Below the pieces are notes generated by a model, which saw only the letters and a list, made by a program, of their open reading frames with translations, was not told the origin of the DNA and made no database searches. Both the position numbers and the translations under genes were made by a program. Below are positions 1 through 10,592 of a DNA stretch of 64,000 bases, piece after piece. This DNA comes from an uncultured virus (IMG/VR IMGVR_UViG_2713896875_000003) (taxonomy: Duplodnaviria > Heunggongvirae > Uroviricota > Caudoviricetes): IMG/VR virus record IMGVR_UViG_2713896875_000003, positions 1-64,000 of that record. The stretch is one strand, 5' to 3'. How positions within the stretch are numbered: position 1 is the first letter of the stretch; each line of letters opens with the position of its first letter.

Positions 1-306
1 ATGACAAAAAAAGTGCAAAATATCTGGCGTAAAGAAATGTTGGCATTGATGAATGAAGACGCAGACTGGTATAGGAATGAAGATACCGAGCGTTTTAAAC
101 GAATACAAGAACTTGCAAAAAAGATAGAAACAGCAAGCACTAGACAATTTTCTTCTCATATTAGCAAGGAAAGATTTGAAGCCTATCAAAGAATGGGCTT
201 ACAGTTTAAAGAGATAGCGGAAGAGTTCCATATAACAACTACAGCGTTACAACAATGGCGTAAAGACAATGGGTATCCCATTTACAACAAAAATAATCGG
301 AAGTGA
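1..306 (+). CDS. Small HTH-like protein upstream of sea1 (OrfY-like)
   Basis: 101 aa; C-terminal [19 protein letters not shown] is HTH-like; position immediately before sea1. Confidence 0.65.
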   Translation: MTKKVQNIWRKEMLALMNEDADWYRNEDTERFKRIQELAKKIETASTRQFSSHISKERFEAYQRMGLQFKEIAEEFHITTTALQQWRKDNGYPIYNKNNRK

Positions 307-316
307 GGAAAATAAA

Positions 317-2992
317 ATGAAAAAGATTGCAAGTACAGGGTTAAGTATTTTAGTCGCAACAGGGGTAGCAGGTATTGGGGGAAATGAAGTACAGGCAGCA
401 GAACAAGCGCAACCAAAAACACCTGAAAATGTTTCTTCAGAACAACCAGCAGTGAAAGCTACACAAACAACGGAGCAAGCCATTACTGAAAAACAGCAAC
501 AAGTAACAGAGAAACAAGCAATTGTCGATCAAAAACAACAAGTCGCTGACACTGCGAAAAAAGAAAAAGACACCATTGATCAATCTGTTAAAGACCAACA
601 AGCAGTGGTCGATCAAAACAAAGACGCATTGGATCAAAGTCAACAAGCAGTGACTGACCAACAAGCAGTTGTAGACGAAGCTAAAAAAGTCGTGGATGAA
701 GCAACACCTTCAGCCATTGAAAAAGCCAAAGACCAAGTGGCTACGGATACACAAGCAGTTGATGACCAACAAAAAGTCGTGGATCAAGCTCAAACAGACG
801 TTAACCAACAACAAGCTGTTGTTGATGAAAAAGCAAAAGAAACGAATGCTGCTAAAGTGCAAAATGAAAAAGATCAACAAGCAGTAACAGCTGCGAAACA
901 AGAACAAGCCAAGCTTGAAGAATTAGCGAAAAATGCGGAAGCGGAAAAAGCAAAGGCAGAAAAAGAACAAGCAGCAAAAGAAGCTGAACTGGCTAACAAA
1001 CAGAAAGAAGAAGCCAAAGCTAAAGATCAAAAAACGAAGGACGATCAAGCAGTCGCAGACCAACAAAGCGTTGTGACAACTAGTCAAGAGAAAGTAGCAG
1101 ACGCAAAAGCAGATACAGCTGCGAAACAGGCAGATTTAACTGCAAAAGAAAATACGTTGAAAGATAAGCAAGCAGCAACAAAGCAAGCGCAGAATACTTT
1201 AGATAGCTCAAAAGAAGAGTTAAAGGGGCATAAAGGACTTAACTTACCTGCTAACTTCACACCTGATTATTACAAAAAATTAACTGAACAAGAAAAGCAA
1301 GCAATGGAAAAAGAAGCATTAGCATTAAATAAAGTTTTTCCTGAAAATCAAGCAGATGCGGCAAAAGCAACGGAAATGATCAATGTCAAAAATCCTACAG
1401 AAAAACAAAAGAAACAAATGAGTGATTATTTTGTTGGTTTATTAAATGACGTTCGCGAAAAACTTGGATTGCAAAAATTAAAAGTGTCCAGTCAAAATAT
1501 AAAATTTGCTTGGGATAATGCGAAGTATACTAATCCTAATGAAATTGGACATGATGAAAACGCAATTAATAAAGCAGCAAAAGAGAATGGTTTTAAAGAG
1601 TATCCAGGGCAAAATTTTTATGAAAATTTAAGTGGCGGATACTTTCAACCAAAAGACGGGAAAATATCAGTACTAGATTTTGAGCGAGCAGCAAGAGAAG
1701 CTTTAGTCGATATGCTGTTTAATGATGGAAGAATGGGTTATGGACATACTGAATCATTGTTACAAGCAGATAAAACAAATACTGCAATTGCTCTTTCAGA
1801 AGAAAATCACGGTTTTTCTTCCGGTAAAATTCATATTATTGGGTACAATCAATCAAGATTGGTAGATCAAAATACTTATGAAGAAGGCACTGCACCAGTC
1901 TTTAAGAGTAAAGAAACCCTTCAAAAAGAAGTAGCAACCAATCAAGAAAAATTAGCTACTGCACAACAAGCAGAATCAGACGCACAACAAGCAAGAAGTG
2001 CAAGTCAGCAAGCCTTAAATACAGCCAAAACAACACAAGCAACAGCAGAAAAAGAACTATCTGTTCATAAAGCGACATTGGCTAATCTTCAAGCAGTTGC
2101 GACTAAGAGTACGACAAACTATGAAGAAAAAGTACGACAAACTGCGGCGGCAGAAACAAGCCTTCAACAAACAAAAGATCAATTGGCAACAATCAATGAG
2201 TTAATTCAGAATCGAGCTGCTGTTTTAGAAAAAGCGAAAACAACCGTTGCGGAAGCACAAGCGATTGAACAAACGTCTGCTAAAGTGCTGAAAGAAAAAC
2301 AAGAAGCCCAAAAAGCAGAAGAAAACACATTGAACAGCTTGAAGGAAGTATTGAATTTAGCAAAAGAAAATTTAAATCAAAAACAAGTTGCGCTTAAAAC
2401 AAGTACACGTTCATTGTCTCGTTTAGAAAATGCTCAACCAACATACGAAAAAGCATTAAACGAGTTAAACAAAGCAGAAGCGGCAGTGGTCCAAGCAAAA
2501 GAAGCCTATGAAAATTCTCTGAAATCATTGGAGGAACTCAAAGAACAACAAGCCGTCGCTACGCTATCTTATACACAAGCACAAGAAGACCTTTCTAATG
2601 CGAAGTTGGAGCTACAGCAGTACCAAGGCGTATTAAGAGACTTAGAAGCACAACAAGCCGAACAGCGCCGACAAGAAGCGTTGCAAGAGCAAGTAGCAAA
2701 AGAGCAACAACGCCTTGAACGAGAAGCAAAACAAAACCAAACGTTAGTAGCAAGTGCTGCTTCAGCAGAAAAAACAACTGGTCTCCAACAGTTATCTTTT
2801 TCTAAACAAAAAGAACAGCCAAAAGCACAAGCATTATCACATTCAGAACTTCGTAAGACGAAACAAGTAGCAAAAGCCCAAGAATCCTTACCACATACAG
2901 GAGAACAACAAAGTATCTGGTTGACTATTTTTGGATTATTCATGGCAGTAGGTGCGATCAGTTTCAAGAACAAAAGACGGAAAAATAGTTAA
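317..2992 (+). CDS. sea1: Surface exclusion protein Sea1/PrgA (Sec10), LPXTG-anchored
   Basis: RBS GAGGA then ATG 317 (MKKIASTGLS signal peptide); coiled coils around a central CAP-like domain (GHD, GHTESLL); LPHTG, TM helix and basic tail. Confidence 0.93.
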   Translation: MKKIASTGLSILVATGVAGIGGNEVQAAEQAQPKTPENVSSEQPAVKATQTTEQAITEKQQQVTEKQAIVDQKQQVADTAKKEKDTIDQSVKDQQAVVDQNKDALDQSQQAVTDQQAVVDEAKKVVDEATPSAIEKAKDQVATDTQAVDDQQKVVDQAQTDVNQQQAVVDEKAKETNAAKVQNEKDQQAVTAAKQEQAKLEELAKNAEAEKAKAEKEQAAKEAELANKQKEEAKAKDQKTKDDQAVADQQSVVTTSQEKVADAKADTAAKQADLTAKENTLKDKQAATKQAQNTLDSSKEELKGHKGLNLPANFTPDYYKKLTEQEKQAMEKEALALNKVFPENQADAAKATEMINVKNPTEKQKKQMSDYFVGLLNDVREKLGLQKLKVSSQNIKFAWDNAKYTNPNEIGHDENAINKAAKENGFKEYPGQNFYENLSGGYFQPKDGKISVLDFERAAREALVDMLFNDGRMGYGHTESLLQADKTNTAIALSEENHGFSSGKIHIIGYNQSRLVDQNTYEEGTAPVFKSKETLQKEVATNQEKLATAQQAESDAQQARSASQQALNTAKTTQATAEKELSVHKATLANLQAVATKSTTNYEEKVRQTAAAETSLQQTKDQLATINELIQNRAAVLEKAKTTVAEAQAIEQTSAKVLKEKQEAQKAEENTLNSLKEVLNLAKENLNQKQVALKTSTRSLSRLENAQPTYEKALNELNKAEAAVVQAKEAYENSLKSLEELKEQQAVATLSYTQAQEDLSNAKLELQQYQGVLRDLEAQQAEQRRQEALQEQVAKEQQRLEREAKQNQTLVASAASAEKTTGLQQLSFSKQKEQPKAQALSHSELRKTKQVAKAQESLPHTGEQQSIWLTIFGLFMAVGAISFKNKRRKNS

Positions 2993-3006
2993 AAGTATAA
3001 TAGGTG

Positions 3007-3031
3007 AGGAGCGAAATTTTCGCTCCTTTTT
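3007..3031 (+). terminator. Intrinsic terminator after sea1
   Basis: AGGAGCGAAATTTTCGCTCCT hairpin plus T-run. Confidence 0.75.
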
Positions 3032-3135
3032 ATTTTAAATACATGACATGAAGGAAGATAAGAGGTAGGTTCGACTCCTACCACGCCAGTAAGTAGTTTT
3101 GCTACGAGAGAAAAAGAATAATAGGAGGAATAACA

Positions 3136-3471
3136 ATGAAAAATTATGATCCAAATATCCGATGGGGCTTGCATACAATCAAAGTAAGTTTCCAACGAGG
3201 TGTATACAAAGGATTTGTTACCTTTGTAAAAAGTGGAAATTGTAAAGGGTTAGACGTATTAGGCATAGACGAAGAAGATTTATATGACATGAAATTTAAA
3301 GAAAATCCAATCAATTTTAGACTACTTGGTGAAGATGATAATGGCGATGAATGGTTCGCAATGACTTTGAAGAATGACAAAAAAGATGAATTGTTAGTTG
3401 AAGATGTGTGGGAAGAGTTAAGTGAGTACATTGTGAGGATTGAAATTATTGATTTTGAGGAGGAAAAATAG
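3136..3471 (+). CDS. Acidic hypothetical protein between sea1 and asa1
   Basis: 111 aa ORF, RBS AGGAGG. Confidence 0.75.
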   Translation: MKNYDPNIRWGLHTIKVSFQRGVYKGFVTFVKSGNCKGLDVLGIDEEDLYDMKFKENPINFRLLGEDDNGDEWFAMTLKNDKKDELLVEDVWEELSEYIVRIEIIDFEEEK

Positions 3472-3500
3472 AGGAGCGAGAAAATACTCGCTCCTCTTTT
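3470..3500. terminator. Intrinsic terminator, possibly bidirectional
   Basis: AGAGGAGCGAG-AAAATA-CTCGCTCCTCT, A-run before and T-run after. Confidence 0.7.
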
Positions 3501-3760
3501 ATATATAGAGAGGCTACCCAGCAATGATAACTAGGTAGCCACAGACATAAAATTACTATTAATCTGGGAATAAATTATTTATACCATGAAAAGGGTTACT
3601 TATCAAGAAAAAATACCAATGAATAGGAGAATGTGGAATGAAATAAAGTAATACATCTATAAAAAAGAGAGGAGGAAAAAGTATGACTTGTGTACGTGCG
3701 CCATGTCGGAGAAATCGTTGTTTGTAAAGGAAAAAAATAAAAAATCGAGGAGAATGATAC

Positions 3761-6700
3761 ATGAAGCAACAAACAGAAGTAAAGAAACGTTTTAAAACAT
3801 ATAAAGCTAAGAAACGCTGGGTAACTGCTCCTATTCTTTTTATAGGTGTGTTAGGAGTTGTAGGATTAGCTACTGATGATGTACAAGCTGCGGAATTAGA
3901 TACGCAACCAGAAACAACCATGGTGCAACCCGATAACCCCGATCCGCAGGTAGGTAGTACAACACCTAAGACAGCAGTAACTGAAGAAGCAACAGTACAA
4001 AAAGACACTACTTCTCAACCGACCAAAGTAGAAGAAGTAGCGCCTGAAAATAAAGGTACTGAACAAAGTTCAGCTACCCCAAATGATACCACAAACGTGC
4101 TACAACCAACAGCAGAAGCAGAAAAATCAGCACAAGAACAACCAGTAGTCAGCCCTGAAACAAACAATGAGCCTCTAGGTCAGCCAACAGAAGTTGCACC
4201 AGCTGAAAATGAAGCCAACAAATCAACGTCCATTCCTAAAGAATTTGAAACACCAGACGTTGACAAAGCAGTTGATGAAGCAAAAAAAGATCCGAACATT
4301 ACCGTTGTTGAAAAACCAGCAGAAGACTTAGGCAACGTTTCTTCTAAAGATTTAGCCGTAAAAGAAAAAGAAGTAGACCAACTACAAAAAGAACAAGCGA
4401 AAAAGATTGCCCAACAAGCAGCTGAATTAAAAGCCAAAAATGAAAAAATTGCCAAAGAAAATGCAGAAATTGCGGCAAAAAACAAAGCGGAAAAAGAGCG
4501 CTACGAGAAAGAAGTCGCTGAATATAACAAACATAAAAATGAAAACGGGTATGTGAAAGAACCTGTTAGTAAAAACCTAGTGTTTGATCAATCGGTTGTG
4601 ACGAAAGACACGAAAATTTCGTCGATTACAGGTGGAAAATTTATCAAAGCAGCTGATTTTAATAAAGTGAATGCAGGGGATTCAAAAGATATCTTTACAA
4701 AATTACGGAAAGATATGGCCGGAAAAGCTACTGGTAACTTCAAGAATTCCTTTATAAAAGAAGTAAATCTTGGGTCTAATGGTGGGTATGCGGTTCTTTT
4801 AGAAAAAAATAAACCCGTGACAGTGACCTACACAGGCCTAAATGCTAGTTATTTAGGACGTAAAATTACAAAAGCGGAATTTGTTTATGAACTTCAGTCC
4901 TCCTCGAGTAAAAGCGGAACGTTGAATGCGGTGTTTTCAAATGATCCGATTATCACAGCTTTTATTGGCACAAGCAGAGCTAACGGTAAGGAGATAAAAA
5001 CACGCTTAACGATTAAGTTCTTTGATGCATCAGGGAAAGAAGTACTACCAGATAAAGCTAGTCCATTTGCGTATGCGCTGTCTTCTTTAAATTCAAGTTT
5101 AACGAATAAAGGCGGCCATGCGGAATTTGTTTCTGATTTTGAGGCGAACAATGCGTTCAAATACATTAATGGCTCATATGTGAAAAAACAAGCGGATGGA
5201 AAATTTTACTCACCGGAAGATATTGACTATGGCACAGGACCTTCTGGATTGAAAAATAGTGATTGGGACGCTGTAGGTCACAAGAATGCGTACTTTGGTT
5301 CAGGTGTAGGTCTAGCCAATGGGCGTATTTCCTTTTCTTTTGGTATGACAACAAAAGGAAAAAGTAATGTGCCTGTATCTAGTGCGCAATGGTTTGCCTT
5401 TAGCACTAACTTAAATGCAAAATCTGTAACACCGAAGAGACAATTTAATAGTCCTAAAGAACCAGTTAAAGCAACCATTGAATTCAACCGCTACAAAGCC
5501 AATGTCGTTCCTGTACTTGTGCCAAATAAAGAAGTCACTGATGGTCAGAAAAATATCAATGATTTAAACGTGAAGCGTGGCGATTCTTTACAATACATTG
5601 TGACAGGAGATACGACAGAACTTGCTAAAGTAGATCCAAAAACAGTAACAAAACAAGGGATTCGAGATACCTTTGATGCAGAAAAAGTGACGATTGATTT
5701 ATCCAAAGTGAAAGTTTATCAAGCAGACGCAAGTCTGAACGAAAAAGACTTAAAAGCTGTTGCTGCAGCGATTAATTCAGGAAAAGCGAAAGACGTGACT
5801 GCTTCTTATGACCTCAATTTAGATCAAAACACCGTCACAGCGATGATGAAAACCAACGCAGACGGCTCTGTTGTTTTAGCAATGGGATATAAATATTTAC
5901 TTGTCTTGCCGTTTGTAGTGAAAAATGTAGAAGGCGATTTTGAAAATACAGCTGTTCAATTAACAAACGATGGTGAAACGGTAACAAATACAGTGATTAA
6001 CCATGTGCCAGGTAGTAATCCTTCCAAAGATGTAAAAGCAGATAAAAACGGTACAGTTGGCAGTGTTTCTCTACATGATAAAGATATTCCGTTACAAACA
6101 AAAATTTATTATGAAGTGAGATCTTCCGAACGTCCAGCCAACTATGGCGGAATTACCGAAGAATGGGGCATGAATGATGTCTTGGACACGACCCATGACC
6201 GATTCACAGGGAAATGGCACGCTATTACGAACTATGATATTCAAATTGGTAAAGAAACCCTTAAAGCAGGTTCAGATATTACAAAATATATTGAATTGAC
6301 AAATAAAGACGGACAAGATCTTACTTTTACGATGAATCAAGCATTATTGGCCGCCTTAAATGAAGGAAGCAATAAAGTAGGTAAACAAGCTTGGTCTGTA
6401 TATCTGGAAGTCGAACGGATCAAAACAGGTGATGTAGAAAACACGCAAACAGAAAACTACAACAAAGAGCTTGTTCGTTCTAATACGGTAGTGACACATA
6501 CGCCTGATGATCCAAAACCAACCAAAGCCGTTCATAACAAGAAAGGGGAAGATATTAACCATGGAAAAGTGGCTCGTGGTGATGTTCTTTCTTATGAAAT
6601 GACTTGGGACTTAAAAGGGTACGATAAAGACTTTGCCTTTGACACAGTCGATCTTGCGACAGGCGTTTCTTTCTTCGATGATTACGATGAAACGAAGGTG

Positions 6701-7678
6701 ACACCAATCAAAGACTTACTTCGTGTCAAAGATTCCAAAGGGGTAGACATTACGAACCAGTTTACAATCTCATGGGACGATGCCAAAGGCACGGTAACGA
6801 TCTTTGCCAAAGACCCACAAGCCTTTATTTTGGCGCATGGTGGGCAAGAATTGCGTGTAACACTCCCTACAAAAGTCAAAGCCAACGTTTTTGGGGATGT
6901 TTATAACTCAGCGGAACAAAATACATTTGGCCAACGAATTAAAACCAATACCGTTGTCAACCATATTCCAAAAGTGAACCCTAAAAAAGACGTGGTTATT
7001 AAAGTCGGTGACAAACAAAGTCAAAATGGTGCTACAATCAAATTAGGGGAGAAATTCTTCTATGAATTTACAAGTAGTGACATTCCTGCAGAATACGCTG
7101 GTGTTGTGGAAGAATGGTCGATTAGCGATAAACTAGACGTCAAACATGATAAATTTAGTGGCCAATGGTCTGTGTTTGCCAATTCTAATTTTGTTTTAGC
7201 AGACGGAACCAAAGTGAATAAAGGGGACGACATTTCGAAACTATTCACGATGACCTTTGACAAAGGGGTAGTTAAAATCACGGCCAGTCAAGCCTTTTTA
7301 GATGCGATGAATCTAAAAGAAAACAAAAACGTTGCACACTCATGGAAAGCGTTCATTGGTGTAGAACGAATTGCGGTAGGAGACGTTTACAACACAATCG
7401 AAGAATCTTTCAATAATGAAACAATCAAGACTAATACGGTTGTGACGCATACGCCAGAAAAACCACAAACGCCACCAGAAAAAACAGTGATTGTACCACC
7501 AGCACCAAAAACACCGCAAGCACCAGTAGAGCCATTAGTGGTAGAAAAGGCAAGTGTAGTGCCAGAATTGCCGCAAACAGGCGAAAAACAAAATGTCTTA
7601 TTAACGGTAGCTGGTAGTTTAGCCGCAATGCTTGGCTTAGCAGGCTTAGAATTTAAACGTAAAAAAGAAACAAAATAA
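3761..7678 (+). CDS. asa1: Aggregation substance (Asa1/Asc10/PrgB family)
   Basis: KxYKxxKxW signal (FKTYKAKKRW), two RGD motifs (KRGDS, ARGDV), LPQTG anchor, 1305 aa. Confidence 0.95.
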   Translation: MKQQTEVKKRFKTYKAKKRWVTAPILFIGVLGVVGLATDDVQAAELDTQPETTMVQPDNPDPQVGSTTPKTAVTEEATVQKDTTSQPTKVEEVAPENKGTEQSSATPNDTTNVLQPTAEAEKSAQEQPVVSPETNNEPLGQPTEVAPAENEANKSTSIPKEFETPDVDKAVDEAKKDPNITVVEKPAEDLGNVSSKDLAVKEKEVDQLQKEQAKKIAQQAAELKAKNEKIAKENAEIAAKNKAEKERYEKEVAEYNKHKNENGYVKEPVSKNLVFDQSVVTKDTKISSITGGKFIKAADFNKVNAGDSKDIFTKLRKDMAGKATGNFKNSFIKEVNLGSNGGYAVLLEKNKPVTVTYTGLNASYLGRKITKAEFVYELQSSSSKSGTLNAVFSNDPIITAFIGTSRANGKEIKTRLTIKFFDASGKEVLPDKASPFAYALSSLNSSLTNKGGHAEFVSDFEANNAFKYINGSYVKKQADGKFYSPEDIDYGTGPSGLKNSDWDAVGHKNAYFGSGVGLANGRISFSFGMTTKGKSNVPVSSAQWFAFSTNLNAKSVTPKRQFNSPKEPVKATIEFNRYKANVVPVLVPNKEVTDGQKNINDLNVKRGDSLQYIVTGDTTELAKVDPKTVTKQGIRDTFDAEKVTIDLSKVKVYQADASLNEKDLKAVAAAINSGKAKDVTASYDLNLDQNTVTAMMKTNADGSVVLAMGYKYLLVLPFVVKNVEGDFENTAVQLTNDGETVTNTVINHVPGSNPSKDVKADKNGTVGSVSLHDKDIPLQTKIYYEVRSSERPANYGGITEEWGMNDVLDTTHDRFTGKWHAITNYDIQIGKETLKAGSDITKYIELTNKDGQDLTFTMNQALLAALNEGSNKVGKQAWSVYLEVERIKTGDVENTQTENYNKELVRSNTVVTHTPDDPKPTKAVHNKKGEDINHGKVARGDVLSYEMTWDLKGYDKDFAFDTVDLATGVSFFDDYDETKVTPIKDLLRVKDSKGVDITNQFTISWDDAKGTVTIFAKDPQAFILAHGGQELRVTLPTKVKANVFGDVYNSAEQNTFGQRIKTNTVVNHIPKVNPKKDVVIKVGDKQSQNGATIKLGEKFFYEFTSSDIPAEYAGVVEEWSISDKLDVKHDKFSGQWSVFANSNFVLADGTKVNKGDDISKLFTMTFDKGVVKITASQAFLDAMNLKENKNVAHSWKAFIGVERIAVGDVYNTIEESFNNETIKTNTVVTHTPEKPQTPPEKTVIVPPAPKTPQAPVEPLVVEKASVVPELPQTGEKQNVLLTVAGSLAAMLGLAGLEFKRKKETK

Positions 7679-7687
7679 TTGAAGACG

Positions 7688-7721
7688 AAAAGAAGGACGA
7701 ACTGATTGTCCTTCTTTTTTT
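7688..7721 (+). terminator. Intrinsic terminator after asa1
   Basis: AAAAGAAGGACGA...TTGTCCTTCTTTT plus T-run. Confidence 0.7.
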
Positions 7722-7739
7722 AGTTATGGAGGGGAAAAA

Positions 7740-8096
7740 TTGGAAGCAGTAGTCGTAGAAAGAGAGGCAAAGGGGATGAAAGAAATTGCCATCCAAGAAA
7801 AAGATTTGACCTTACAGTGGAGAGGAAACACAGGTAAGTTAGTTAAAGTTCGATTGAAAAATACACGTGCAATGGAAATGTGGTACAACAAACAAATTAC
7901 CGAAGAAAACATTCAAGAGATCACCACGTTGAATATTATTAAAAATGGAAAATCTTTGGCATTAGAAGTATATCCAGAAAAAAGTATCTATGTGAAACCA
8001 AATTTAGGCAGAATCAATGTGCCTGTCTTTTTTATCAAAACACCTATTAATAGAGGGATTTTTGAAGAGATCTTCGGCGAAACGTTAAAAGCATAA
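7740..8096 (+). CDS. prgU: PrgU-like PUA-fold regulator of aggregation substance
   Basis: 118 aa directly after prgB/asa1; recognisable MKEIAIQEKDLTLQWRG sequence. Confidence 0.85.
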   Translation: MEAVVVEREAKGMKEIAIQEKDLTLQWRGNTGKLVKVRLKNTRAMEMWYNKQITEENIQEITTLNIIKNGKSLALEVYPEKSIYVKPNLGRINVPVFFIKTPINRGIFEEIFGETLKA

Positions 8097-8117
8097 GTAA
8101 AGGAGAAAGAAAAGCCA

Positions 8118-8471
8118 ATGTATGTATCTTTTATTCTAAGTTGTTTACTTGGATTTTCTGGCTACAGTCTATTAAATAGGCTAAATTCGTTGGAATTTGT
8201 GGATGCTTGGTTAGACAAATAAACACAAAAAATCACACTAAAACGCTGTTTTTATGATACTTCTTTCAAGAAACAAACACTAAAAGAGTTAGAACGAGTG
8301 ATTTTTCGCTTACGGCAACAGATCATGGACGATTCAACTAGTCTTGAATTAGAAGGAAAATACGAAGGAATAAAACGATTCATGTTAGACGTTTTAGAAG
8401 ATGTTTATTGGAAAGAATTAGCAAATATGCCAGAAGACCGACGACACTTAGACGATTGGGATTTCTTTTAA
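8118..8471 (+). pseudogene. Small membrane-anchored protein gene with premature stop
   Basis: RBS AGGAG; ATG 8118; in-frame TAA 8220-8222; same frame stays open to TAA 8469-8471. Confidence 0.7.
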
Positions 8472-8538
8472 AATGGGTTATTGAAAGGAAGCAATAATAA
8501 AAAAAATGATGCCTAACACAAAAATATAGGAGGGAAAA

Positions 8539-8798
8539 ATGATTATTTTATCAGGACTTTTTATTTTAGGATAGGAATAGTTGGAGGTTATCAGCTAGCC
8601 ACGTTACCTAAATTAATTGAAATGAAACAGCACAAAGCAATACAGAACCATTTCAATGTTAAAGGAAATGAGTATACCTATTATCAAGAAGACAGTGAAA
8701 ATTACATTTTATCCTTGGAAGATACAGAATATCGAATTAAATTTTCCAAGAACACCCCGTTAAAAGTGGTATTCACTGAAATTTTAGAACCTATGTAA
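8539..8798 (+). pseudogene. Small membrane-anchored protein gene with frameshift
   Basis: RBS AGGAGG; MIILSGLFILG then stop; a 1-nt shift near 8570 restores IGIVGGYQLATLPK...ILEPM-stop. Confidence 0.7.
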
Positions 8799-8808
8799 GG
8801 GTGAGTTT

Positions 8809-9687
8809 ATGTATATCTCTTTTGATTTAGAAGCAACACAAGCAGAAAAAATAGCTTTACCAGTCCATCAACGATTTTCGCTCGTTCAAGGTCTTTTGTT
8901 ACTTGAACAAGCCAATCAAGAAGTTTTGGCCACAAAACAAGGAGGCACGATAGCCTATTTTTTATATACAGGAAAAGAACAAGAACTACCTATTTTAGAA
9001 GCGGAACTTTTATTACCGGTCAAACAAAAGGATATGTTAGACGTATTGCTTGAACCAGTCACAAATGATCCAACGCTTGATCCAATAGAAGTAAAAAACT
9101 TCTTACAGTTAGTTAATCAATCGTTGCCAAAGAAGCAACGAGCTAAAAGTAACAAAAAAAGTACAGAAAAGAAGGAAACTACTGATACAAAACCAGTGAA
9201 GAAAAAGTTTTTTTTGTCCGTTAGTCTTATCACACTTGTTGGATTGATTCTACTTATGAGTGGTTTTTTATTAGGGAAAACCAATTCTACACCTTACCAA
9301 GAAAAAGAATTAGGGGTAAAAAAAGAACTCAATACCTTAACAGAACAAGTCAATGATCAAAATAAAGTAGAAACATTTACTCGATTCTTTCTAACTAATT
9401 ACTATTCAGGAAAAACAGATGCCAAAACCAGACAAGCAGTTTTAAAAAAGTTTGTAAAAAAAGAAATCTTATCTGATTTTTTATCGGAGAAAAGCCGAGC
9501 GAGAAGTATGTTTCCCTGGGAAGTAAAGAAGAAAGACAAACAATGGACGATAGCGTTCATTGTTGTATTAATCAATGAAAAAGACGAGCAATCGACAAAG
9601 AAAATTACGTTTACAGCTGAAGAAACAAAAGAACAATTGGTCGTAATGGAACGACCGACAGAAGAAGATTTTGAACTTACAAATTAA
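8809..9687 (+). CDS. Bitopic membrane protein of the transfer region
   Basis: 292 aa, one central TM helix. Confidence 0.75.
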   Translation: MYISFDLEATQAEKIALPVHQRFSLVQGLLLLEQANQEVLATKQGGTIAYFLYTGKEQELPILEAELLLPVKQKDMLDVLLEPVTNDPTLDPIEVKNFLQLVNQSLPKKQRAKSNKKSTEKKETTDTKPVKKKFFLSVSLITLVGLILLMSGFLLGKTNSTPYQEKELGVKKELNTLTEQVNDQNKVETFTRFFLTNYYSGKTDAKTRQAVLKKFVKKEILSDFLSEKSRARSMFPWEVKKKDKQWTIAFIVVLINEKDEQSTKKITFTAEETKEQLVVMERPTEEDFELTN

Positions 9688-9706
9688 AATTAAAATGGAG
9701 GAAATA

Positions 9707-10567
9707 ATGATGAAAAAAATTCTTTTTGCTAGTTTATTTAGTGCCACACTACTATTTGGGGGAAGTGAAATTTCTGCTTTTGCACAAGAAATTATCCCTG
9801 ATGATACTACGACACCGCCCATTGAAGTACCAACAGAACCAAGTACACCAGAAAAGCCAACAGATCCAACACCGCCAATTGAGCCACCTGTAGACCCTGT
9901 AGAGCCACCTATTACACCAACGGAGCCAACAGAACCGACAGAGCCGACAACACCAACAGAACCTGAAAAACCAGTAGAGCCAACGGAACCGACAACACCA
10001 ACAGAACCTACAACTCCTACAGAGCCAAGTGAACCAGAACAACCAACGGAGCCAAGTAAACCAGTAGAACCTGAAAAACCAGTTACACCAAGCAAACCAG
10101 CAGAACCCGAAAAACCTGTGACACCAACTAAACCAACAGAACCTGAAAAACCAGTACAACCAGCAGAACCAAGCAAGCCAATCGACGTTGTTGTAACGCC
10201 AACAGGGGAATTAAATCACGCTGGAAATGGTACACAACAGCCAACAGTGCCTATTGAAACAAGTAATTTGGCAGAAATCACACACGTGCCAAGTGTAACA
10301 ACACCTATTACAACTACAGACGGAGAAAACATTGTAGCTGTAGAAAAAGGTGTTCCACTTACACAAACAGCAGAAGGGTTAAAACCTATTCAATCAAGTT
10401 ACAAAGTATTGCCTAGCGGAAATGTAGAAGTAAAAGGTAAGGACGGTAAAATGAAGGTTTTACCATACACAGGTGAAGAAATGAATATCTTTTTATCTGC
10501 CGTAGGCGGTATCTTGTCTGTAGTATCTGGGTTTGTCATCTTTAAAAAACGCAAAGCTAAAGTATAA
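9707..10567 (+). CDS. prgC: PrgC-like LPXTG surface protein with Pro-X-X repeats
   Basis: RBS GGAGG; signal peptide; PTE/PEK/PVE triplet repeats; LPYTG anchor. Confidence 0.88.
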   Translation: MMKKILFASLFSATLLFGGSEISAFAQEIIPDDTTTPPIEVPTEPSTPEKPTDPTPPIEPPVDPVEPPITPTEPTEPTEPTTPTEPEKPVEPTEPTTPTEPTTPTEPSEPEQPTEPSKPVEPEKPVTPSKPAEPEKPVTPTKPTEPEKPVQPAEPSKPIDVVVTPTGELNHAGNGTQQPTVPIETSNLAEITHVPSVTTPITTTDGENIVAVEKGVPLTQTAEGLKPIQSSYKVLPSGNVEVKGKDGKMKVLPYTGEEMNIFLSAVGGILSVVSGFVIFKKRKAKV

Positions 10568-10592
10568 GCTAGCGTATAGATAGGAGCGTACC

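Noticed and set aside
3044..3088. Complete tRNA gene (also 43129-43173)
   Set aside because: No D or anticodon arm; kept only as tRNA-like fragments
9810..10180. Repeat array and antisense ORFs 9568-10176 and 9752-10159
   Set aside because: These are the Pro-X-X coding repeats of PrgC; the antisense ORFs are shadows, and there is no repeat-spacer structure
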